A stretch of 42,800 nucleotides of DNA from an uncultured Thermoanaerobaculia bacterium (GTDB lineage: Bacteria; Acidobacteriota; Thermoanaerobaculia; Multivoradales; DATKCC01), in NCBI GenBank assembly GCA_964539125.1, contig CAZIIB010000001.1, forward strand, positions 1-42,800, given 5' to 3'. Within the stretch, counting starts at the first letter, position 1; each line of letters opens with the position of its first letter. The translations under genes and the position numbers were made by a program. The notes beneath the pieces were generated by a model. It was not told the DNA's origin. It ran no database searches and was given only the letters and a program-made list of their open reading frames with translations. Below are positions 34,437 to 41,164 of the stretch, piece by piece.

Positions 34437-35828
34437 CTACTTGAAGACCTCGAGCAGGAAGTTGCTGTAGTGCCAGCCGTAGCTCGGCGGCTCGTTGGCG
34501 TTCGCTCCCAGGACGTTGCTGAAGTCGGCCGTGATGTCCTCCCCGGCGCTGATGTCGATGGACTTGACGTTGGGCTTGTCCCGGATCTCGTGGAGGACCT
34601 TTCCGTCGGGGTCGAGGATCTTCAGATCGAGGATCCTCTGGGCCGGGTTGTAGACGTAGTCGAAGATGTAGGTCTTGCCCGGCGTGGAGACGAAGTGATC
34701 CTCGAACTTGGCCTTGTCGCCCGCGGGGATGCCGATGCCGTGCCGGAAGAGGATGGTGTTGCGGTTCGGACCCTTGAAGCCGGCGAACCCGTAGAGGTTG
34801 AAGTGGCGGCCGGCCTTGGCGAGCCAGAAGCACAGGTTCAGGCCCGAGGTGGGCGCGGTCCAACCCCCGTTGAAGACCTCGACCCGGAAGTGCAGAGAGG
34901 AGTAGGAGCCGGCGGGAACCGGAACGCTCACGCGCCGGTAGTCGTCCCTGACCGTCGGAGTGAAGAACGTGCCTTCCTTGGAGAAGCACACGTCGGCACC
35001 TCCGGCACACGAAGGCGCGGGGTCTCCGCCAGGCCCCGGGGGATCGAGGCCTGCTGCGGCGCGGGCCGAGGGGGCCAGGAAGCGGACCTCGCCCGTCTCC
35101 AGGTCCCGGACGGTGGAGAAGGGGTAGAAGTCCTGGTCGCACGATACGGAAAGCCGGACGTTGGAGATCTCGGGCTGCTGGAGGATCGCCAGGGCGTCGG
35201 GGAAGAAGACGTTGGAGAGCGGCTGGAGCGTGAGCAGCACGGTACCCTGGATCTGCTCGGCGTTGCCCCGGTACACCCGGACCGTGCACTGGCTGGCGTC
35301 TTGGCCCAGGTTGATCAGCCCGAAATCGGTGAGAACCTTGTCGGGCTCGCGCTGCCATCCCAGGATGTCGGCTTCCTCGCCGGCCGGGATCAGGTTCTCC
35401 ATGGAGATCACGGGCACGCCGGCGCCCAGGCCGGCGCCGAAGAAGGGATGGTCTCCGACCAGACGAGAGCTGGCGACGATGCCGTCGTCGCCGTCGATCT
35501 CCAGCATTCCCACCGTTCCGGGCTGAATCGACGGCTTCAGGAGCTTCGTGGCACCCGCGGCGATCCGCGTGGTGTCCGGCTGGGCCCCGGCGTCGCGCTG
35601 GGTGCCGTCGGCGAGAGCGGGGATGAAGTAGGTCGAGAAGCTCGCCGCCTTGTTGCCGGTGTTCGAGATCCAGACCTCGGTCGACAAGCCGATGTCCGCG
35701 AGGTCGACGTCCGTGGTGAACGGCACGTAAACCGTCTTCGCGCGTAGCGGACCGGTCGCGAGGGTGACGGTGGAGGCGATCGCGAGCGCTGCGACGGTTC
35801 TGAAGGTCGTGCTCAGCTTGGTTTGCAT
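34437..35828 (-). CDS. Orphan secreted protein: two tandem beta-sandwich-like modules plus an unassigned ~190-aa C-terminal domain
   Basis: 463 aa. Signal peptide MQTKLSTTFRTVAALAIASTVTLATGPLRA. GAGGG RBS. Its own promoter and terminator. N/K/F/Y/I-rich composition and lower GC than the neighbours. I cannot name a family. Confidence 0.8.
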   Translation of the reverse strand: MQTKLSTTFRTVAALAIASTVTLATGPLRAKTVYVPFTTDVDLADIGLSTEVWISNTGNKAASFSTYFIPALADGTQRDAGAQPDTTRIAAGATKLLKPSIQPGTVGMLEIDGDDGIVASSRLVGDHPFFGAGLGAGVPVISMENLIPAGEEADILGWQREPDKVLTDFGLINLGQDASQCTVRVYRGNAEQIQGTVLLTLQPLSNVFFPDALAILQQPEISNVRLSVSCDQDFYPFSTVRDLETGEVRFLAPSARAAAGLDPPGPGGDPAPSCAGGADVCFSKEGTFFTPTVRDDYRRVSVPVPAGSYSSLHFRVEVFNGGWTAPTSGLNLCFWLAKAGRHFNLYGFAGFKGPNRNTILFRHGIGIPAGDKAKFEDHFVSTPGKTYIFDYVYNPAQRILDLKILDPDGKVLHEIRDKPNVKSIDISAGEDITADFSNVLGANANEPPSYGWHYSNFLLEVFK

Positions 35829-35921
35829 CCGTTGATCCCTCTTCGGCGAGGTTCACATGTCCGGGCGATTCTCATCAACAGCAACCGCACCGGGCGACTG
35901 CCTGTGCCTGTAGGCAGCGTA

Positions 35922-35950
35922 ACTATAGATGATCGTTGAGAAAATCGCAA
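35922..35950 (-). promoter_or_regulatory. Near-consensus sigma70 promoter driving the orphan secreted-protein gene
   Basis: Minus strand reads TTGCGA (35950-35945), exactly 17 nt, TATAGT (35927-35922). This predicts a leader of about 87 nt to the ATG at 35828. Confidence 0.6.
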
Positions 35951-36008
35951 TCGGGTCTGGACCTGGAAGAGGCCGCGGCGGAGGCGCCGCGAGCCGTCTG
36001 ACCGGCCT

Positions 36009-36800
36009 TCAGGGTTCCCCGTCGCGCTCCAGGGCACGGATCGCCTCCCGGGGCGTCGCCAGGTCCAGATACGAACCGCCCGGGAAGGGCACGCCGTGGA
36101 TCGGAAGTCCGTCGGCGAGGGCTGCCTCGAAGACCTCGCCGAGCTGGAGCTCGCGGCCCTGGTCGCGTTGCGGGCGCCGAACCCAGAGGTGGAGAAACTC
36201 GGTGAAGCGCCGGTCCCACACCGCGAGGAGCCAGTTGAGCGCCAGGTCGCTGGTCTCCGGCCGCACCTCGATGCGGCGCACCACGCCGTCCGGGTCGGCG
36301 TCCACCATGTCCGTGGTCGAGGGATCGGCGGCGGGGAAGAGACCCAGGACCAGGGCCGCGCCGGTCCCCTGCCGGCATTCGAGCAGGCGGTCGAAGGCGT
36401 CGCCCGGGGTGAACAGGACGTCGGCGAAGCCGAGGCCGACCACCGCCTCGGGCGACCGTGCGAGAAAGGGGTAGGCGCGGTCCAGCGTCTCCGGCACGCT
36501 CGGGGAGTCCGCGACGCCCAGGAAGGCGAGATCGGGCAGGCGCTCGCCGACCTCCTCGCCGAGCGCCGTCAGGTACCGGGGAATGTCCCACTTGTCCCGG
36601 TCGACGACCAGGAAGGCGACGCGCGCTCCGGAGGCGCGCAGCCGCTCCAGGAGGACCTGGCAGGCGACCCGCAGCCGGGGGCCCTCGGCGCCCTGGTACC
36701 AGCCCACTGGAAGGAGTTCCTTGCTGCAGGGCAGGGGGCCGTGCCGCCGCGCCTTGCCTGCGGCGGGGACCAGGCCGACGAAGGAGGCGGAAGAGCTCAT
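36009..36800 (-). CDS. Sugar-phosphate nucleotidyltransferase (NTP_transferase family)
   Basis: The internal ATG at 36800 gives MSSSASFVGLVPAAGKARRHGPLPCSKELLPVG, a GalU/RfbA-style PAAGxGxR...KELLPV motif. The 56-aa upstream extension in the track looks non-coding. Confidence 0.75.
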   Translation of the reverse strand: MSSSASFVGLVPAAGKARRHGPLPCSKELLPVGWYQGAEGPRLRVACQVLLERLRASGARVAFLVVDRDKWDIPRYLTALGEEVGERLPDLAFLGVADSPSVPETLDRAYPFLARSPEAVVGLGFADVLFTPGDAFDRLLECRQGTGAALVLGLFPAADPSTTDMVDADPDGVVRRIEVRPETSDLALNWLLAVWDRRFTEFLHLWVRRPQRDQGRELQLGEVFEAALADGLPIHGVPFPGGSYLDLATPREAIRALERDGEP

Positions 36801-36855
36801 GGGCGCGAGGGCTGCGGGCGGCCCCGGACCTCGGGGAGCTGGTACGATACCGCGG

Positions 36856-38013
36856 ATGCGGAGAGCCTGCCTGCGCAGCATGGGAATCTGCGCCGTGTGT
36901 TTCCTCTGCCTGGGAGCCGTCCGGCTCCGTGCGCAGACGGTGTATGTCGGGTTCGGGGACAGCATCACCGCCGGGGTCGGCGACGACCCCGCGCGGGCCG
37001 AGCCCGGTTACCCGCCCCGCCTCCAGGACCTGCTGCAGACGGCGGGCGAGGCGGCGACGGTGCGCAACCGGGGAGTGGGTGGCGAGAAGACTCCGGAAGG
37101 TCTGTCGCGAATCGACCAGGTGCTCGACGAGGGCGGCGACGTGCTCCTCCTGATGGAGGGCTCCAACGACATCTCCCGGAACATCTCCGTCGAGACCACG
37201 CTGTTCGACCTGGAGGAGATGGCCCACCGCGCCGAGCAGCGCGGCTGGACGGCGGTCCAGGCGACGGTCATTCCCCGGATCCCCCAGGCCACCGTCGACC
37301 CCGACAACGTGATCAACGGCCAGCTCAACGAGGGCATCCGCGACATGGCGGGCCACCAGGGGCGGGACCTGGTGGACAACTTCGAGGTCTTCGGCGAGCT
37401 GCCCAACCGCTTCGACCAGTACTACCTGAAGGAGGCGGACGACCACGTGGGCCACCCCAACGCCCAGGGGTACGACGTCATGGCGCAGGCGTTCTTCGAC
37501 GTCCTGACCGGCGTCGACAGCGTGCCGCCGGTGCCGGGCCTGGTCTCGCCCCCCGACGGCGCCACCGGCGTGTCGTCGGCGAGCACCATCGCGGTCGACG
37601 TCTGGGACTTCGGCGCCGGGATCGACCTCTCGGCCACGCGCCTGGAGCTCAACGGCACGGCGGTCTCCGCCACCCTCGACGGTGACCAGCGTCACGCCAT
37701 GCTGCGCTACACGCCGCGCCGGCCTCTGCCGAGCGTCGTCCACGTGACCCTCAGGAGCCGCGACCTGGCGACGCCGGTGCACACCCTGAACCGGGAGGTC
37801 TCGCGCTTCGTGATCGCCGGGGCCAAGCTGATCGCGGGCGACCTGAACGTCGACGGCCGGGTCGACGGCGTCGACCTGGTCCAGCTCGCCATCCACTTCG
37901 GCGCGGCGCGCGGCAGCGCCCGCTACGACCCGGAGGCGGACCTGGACGGCTCGGGCGTCATCGACGGCAACGACCTCGCCATCCTCGGCTCCAACTTCGG
38001 GCAGTCCTCCTAG
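36856..38013 (+). CDS. Secreted SGNH/GDSL esterase with Ig-like middle domain and C-terminal dockerin-like (EF-hand pair) module
   Basis: ATG at 36856 followed by the signal peptide MRRACLRSMGICAVCFLCLGAVRLRAQ. GDSL block VGFGDSITAG. Blocks GSND and DHVGHPN. C-terminal DLNVDGRVDGVDLVQL and DLDGSGVIDGNDLAIL. Confidence 0.8.
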   Translation: MRRACLRSMGICAVCFLCLGAVRLRAQTVYVGFGDSITAGVGDDPARAEPGYPPRLQDLLQTAGEAATVRNRGVGGEKTPEGLSRIDQVLDEGGDVLLLMEGSNDISRNISVETTLFDLEEMAHRAEQRGWTAVQATVIPRIPQATVDPDNVINGQLNEGIRDMAGHQGRDLVDNFEVFGELPNRFDQYYLKEADDHVGHPNAQGYDVMAQAFFDVLTGVDSVPPVPGLVSPPDGATGVSSASTIAVDVWDFGAGIDLSATRLELNGTAVSATLDGDQRHAMLRYTPRRPLPSVVHVTLRSRDLATPVHTLNREVSRFVIAGAKLIAGDLNVDGRVDGVDLVQLAIHFGAARGSARYDPEADLDGSGVIDGNDLAILGSNFGQSS

Positions 38014-38042
38014 GCCGCTCCGAGCCCGTCGTCTCTCCTCCC

Positions 38043-39281
38043 TTGCGGATCGCGGTCCTAGCCCACAGCTTTCCCCGCTTCGCCGGGGATGGCCACGGGA
38101 CGTTCGTCAAGAGCCTCTCGGAGGCTCTGGCCCGGCGGGGTCATCGGGTCTGGGCGGTGATTCCGTTCGACCCGGCGATCCGGCCCGACCCCGGTACGCC
38201 GCTCGCGATCGAGCCGTTCCGCTACGTCTGGCCCGATCGCCTCCACCGGCTGGGCTACTCGCGGACCCTCCAGCGCGACCTGGGCCTCAAGCTCTGGGCC
38301 GTGGCGGAGGCACCGCTCTACTTCGCCTTCGCCCAGCGGGCGCTCGCGCGCCTGGTGCGCTCCGAGAAGATCGACCTGATCCACGCCCACTGGATCCTGC
38401 CCAACGGCTACGTGGCCGCGCGCGTGTCGCGAACGACGGGCGTCCCCTACGTGGTGACGCTCCACGGCTCGGACGTGTTCATGGCGGAGCGCAACCGGCT
38501 CTTCGCCTCCCTCGCGCGGCGGGCGCTGGCCGGCGCCGCCCACGTCACCTCGTGCAGCGCCGAGCTGAGCGCGCGGCTGGTGGCGCTCGCAGGGGGCGAG
38601 CACGCCTCCAAGGTGCTGCTGGTGCCCAACGGCACCGAGCCGGCGGGGGTCGCGACGGAGCGTGAGCCCGGCGCCGCCGGAGCTCCCGAGCTGCCGGCGG
38701 GCTGCCGTCCGGTGGTCGCCGTCGGCCGGCTGGTGGACAAGAAGGGCTTCCGCCACCTCCTGGACGCGGCGCCCCGCATCCTGGCACGGGTGCCGGAGGC
38801 GCGGATCGTCCTGGGCGGCGGCGGGCCGCTCGAGGCGCCCCTCCGCGAGCAGGCGCGCCGGCTGGGGATCGAGGGCTCGGTGGTCTTCACCGGCGCCCTC
38901 GACCACGGCCGGGTCCTGGCTCTGCTGGCGGGCGCGGAGGTCGTGGTGATGCCCTCGGTGCGCGACCCGCGGGGCAACGTGGATGGGCTTCCGATCGTGG
39001 TGCTCGAGGCGATGGCCGCGGGCCGGCCGGTGGTGGCGAGCGAGGTCTCGGGCATCCCGCTGGCGATCGAGGACGGGCGGAGCGGCCTCCTGGTGCCCGC
39101 GGGCCGCCCGGAGGCGATCGCCGAGGCGGTGATCGGTCTGCTCGAGGACCGGGACCGGGCGCGGGAGCTGGGGGAGCGGGCGCGGGAGCGGATCGAGACC
39201 GAGCTGAACTGGGACGCGGTGGCCGCAATCCACGACCGCCTCGACCGGCGGGCGGCGGGCGGTGCCGCCGAGGTGGATTGA
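38043..39281 (+). CDS. Glycosyltransferase family 4 (GT-B fold)
   Basis: TTG start. MRIAVLAHSFPRFAGDGHGTFV. C-terminal EX7E-type region VVMPSVRDPRGNVDGLPIVVLEAMAAGRPVVAS. Confidence 0.85.
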   Translation: MRIAVLAHSFPRFAGDGHGTFVKSLSEALARRGHRVWAVIPFDPAIRPDPGTPLAIEPFRYVWPDRLHRLGYSRTLQRDLGLKLWAVAEAPLYFAFAQRALARLVRSEKIDLIHAHWILPNGYVAARVSRTTGVPYVVTLHGSDVFMAERNRLFASLARRALAGAAHVTSCSAELSARLVALAGGEHASKVLLVPNGTEPAGVATEREPGAAGAPELPAGCRPVVAVGRLVDKKGFRHLLDAAPRILARVPEARIVLGGGGPLEAPLREQARRLGIEGSVVFTGALDHGRVLALLAGAEVVVMPSVRDPRGNVDGLPIVVLEAMAAGRPVVASEVSGIPLAIEDGRSGLLVPAGRPEAIAEAVIGLLEDRDRARELGERARERIETELNWDAVAAIHDRLDRRAAGGAAEVD

Positions 39282-41164
39282 CCGTGGCGACGACGAGAGC
39301 GCTTCGAGAGGGCCTGCGGGCGGCGTCCCCGGCCCTGGTCCTGGCGGTGATCCTGGGATCGGCCGTGGGCCTGGTCCGCGGCTGGCACTACCTGGAGGCC
39401 GGCTTCCCCATGATGCTCGTGGTGTCGATCGCTCGCGAGCTCGACTGGTCGCTCGTGGGCGCGGCGCTCTTCGCTCTCCTCTACGGGCTCCTGCGGTGGG
39501 CTGTCGTCCGCGGGCCGGGCCGGGTGGCGGTGGGCCTGGCGGTCGCCGTGGCCGGAGCGCCGGTACTGGCCGTGGCCGGCTATCGGCTGAACCGGACGGA
39601 GGGGATCCGGCCGTCCGAGCTCCTCGCCGCCTATCCGCTGAAGCTCAACCTCTCTCTGGTGACCGGCGGGCTGGCGGTGGCGCTCGTTCTCTGGTGGTGG
39701 ATCTCCCGCGGCGAGGGGCGGGGAGCGGACGAGGGTGGACGGGCCCGGACCTGGCCGGTCTGGCTGGCTCTGGCCGCTCTCCTCCTGGCCCACGGTGCCG
39801 CCTGGACGGGCTTCTCGTTCCGGGCTTCGGCGGCCGGCGCCGCCTCCCGGCCCGACGTCCTGATCGTGCTGGTCGACGCGCTACGCTTTGACCACGTGGG
39901 TGCCTACGGCTACCCGCGCGCCACCACGCCCGCCATCGACTCCCTCGCCGCCGACGGCGTCCTCTTCCGACAGGCGGTGAGCGACAGCACGTTCACCAAG
40001 AGCAGCATCTCGTCGCTCTTCACCGGCCGCTACCCGTACCAGCACGGCGTCTACTGGGGATCCCGGACCGACGATCCCGAGTTTCCGGGCGCGGTGACCT
40101 CGGACGTCCTCCCGGCCCGGGAGACGACGCTCGCCGAGGCGCTCCGCCCCCTCGGCTACTTCACCGCGGCCTGGGTCCAGAACAGCCACCTGCGCGGCTT
40201 CATGGGGTTCGGCCAGGGGTTCGTGGACTATCACGACCAACAGGGGAGCGCCCGGCGGATCGACCGCCAGTTCCTCTCGTGGTTCGACCGAGCGGGGCGC
40301 CACTACCCCTTCTTCGCCTACCTCCACTACATCGACCTGCACGACCCCTACCGTCCCTCCCCCCCCTACGACACCCTCTTCGGGACCTACCCCGATCCCT
40401 ACGCGGGGATCGATCTCGCCCAGGGGGGCAAGTACCTCGAGGAGGTCCGCCGGGGAGAGACCCGGCCCTCCGCGGCCCAGGTGAAGGCGTTCGAGGCCGA
40501 CTACGACGGCCAGCTCCGCCTGGTCGACGACCAGATCGGACGGCTGCTCGCCCGGCTCAAGAGCACCGGGGTCTACGACCGGAGCCTGATCCTGGTCACC
40601 GCCGACCATGGCGACGGCTTCATGGAGCACGGCTTCATCTCCCACAGCACGACGCCGTACGACGAGCTCGTCCGGGTGCCGCTGATCGTCAAGCTTCCCG
40701 GCCAGCGGGACGCCGGCCGCGTGGTGGGCGAGCAGGTGCGGCTGGTCGACGTCGTCCCCACCGTCCTCGACCTGGTGGGCGGGCGCGTGCCGGCGCACGT
40801 GGCGGGCTGCAGCCTGCGCCCGCTCATCGAAGGGGACGGCGGCGAACGTCCGCCAGCCTGCGCCACCGCGGTGATCGAGATCGCCGAGCCGGGTGTCACG
40901 GAGCCCACCGTCGCGGTACGGACCGAGGGGTGGAAGTACATCCACCGCGGCGACGGACGGGAGGAGCTCTACGACCTGCGCTCCGACCCCGGTGAGCATC
41001 ACGACCTGCTCCCCGAGCCCCCGCCGGCCGCCCGGCCGTCGCTCGCGCGGCTGCGCGCCGTCGCCCAGCACGCCATCTCTGCCCGCAACACGAAAGGCGT
41101 GGGCAAGATCGAGCTCGACCCGGAAGCGATCCGCGAGCTCAAGGCGCTGGGCTACGTGCAGTGA
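39278..41164 (+). CDS. Membrane-anchored (about 5 TM) alkaline-phosphatase-superfamily transferase, LtaS/EptA/OpgB-like architecture
   Basis: TTG start overlapping the GT4 stop (TTGA); an alternative GTG is at 39284. About five N-terminal TM segments. Motifs VLIVLVDALRFDHVGAYGY and F-T-K-S-S-I-SSLFTG (Thr codon 39995-39997). Confidence 0.85.
   Translation: MTVATTRALREGLRAASPALVLAVILGSAVGLVRGWHYLEAGFPMMLVVSIARELDWSLVGAALFALLYGLLRWAVVRGPGRVAVGLAVAVAGAPVLAVAGYRLNRTEGIRPSELLAAYPLKLNLSLVTGGLAVALVLWWWISRGEGRGADEGGRARTWPVWLALAALLLAHGAAWTGFSFRASAAGAASRPDVLIVLVDALRFDHVGAYGYPRATTPAIDSLAADGVLFRQAVSDSTFTKSSISSLFTGRYPYQHGVYWGSRTDDPEFPGAVTSDVLPARETTLAEALRPLGYFTAAWVQNSHLRGFMGFGQGFVDYHDQQGSARRIDRQFLSWFDRAGRHYPFFAYLHYIDLHDPYRPSPPYDTLFGTYPDPYAGIDLAQGGKYLEEVRRGETRPSAAQVKAFEADYDGQLRLVDDQIGRLLARLKSTGVYDRSLILVTADHGDGFMEHGFISHSTTPYDELVRVPLIVKLPGQRDAGRVVGEQVRLVDVVPTVLDLVGGRVPAHVAGCSLRPLIEGDGGERPPACATAVIEIAEPGVTEPTVAVRTEGWKYIHRGDGREELYDLRSDPGEHHDLLPEPPPAARPSLARLRAVAQHAISARNTKGVGKIELDPEAIRELKALGYVQ

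Noticed and set aside
34207-35856. 549-aa minus-strand ORF overlapping the orphan secreted-protein gene in another frame
   Set aside because: The translation is Arg/Pro/Gly-rich and it extends into the flippase gene and the terminator. The 463-aa frame has a signal peptide, an RBS and protein-like composition.
35829-35915. Riboswitch in the ~87-nt leader of the orphan secreted-protein gene
   Set aside because: I see only two short inverted repeats (CTGCCT/AGGCAG and GTTGAT/ATCAAC). There are no conserved riboswitch-class core sequences that I can recognise, so I kept it as a leader with possible structure only.
35923-37896. 657-aa minus ORF and 529-aa / 476-aa (5' part) + ORFs spanning the nucleotidyltransferase/SGNH region
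   Set aside because: These are shadow ORFs. Only 36009-36800 (minus) and 36856-38013 (+) carry family motifs and sensible starts.
37840-37990. Inferring a cellulosome from the dockerin-like repeats
   Set aside because: There is no cohesin, scaffoldin or glycoside hydrolase in the window. Isolated dockerin-like EF-hand pairs are common in non-cellulosomal secreted proteins.
13525-41164. Calling the three PF00884-like proteins arylsulfatases
   Set aside because: All three lack the C/S-x-P-x-R formylglycine motif (Thr replaces Cys, and the Arg is lost), and no maturase is present. I kept them as AP-superfamily hydrolases/transferases of unknown specificity.
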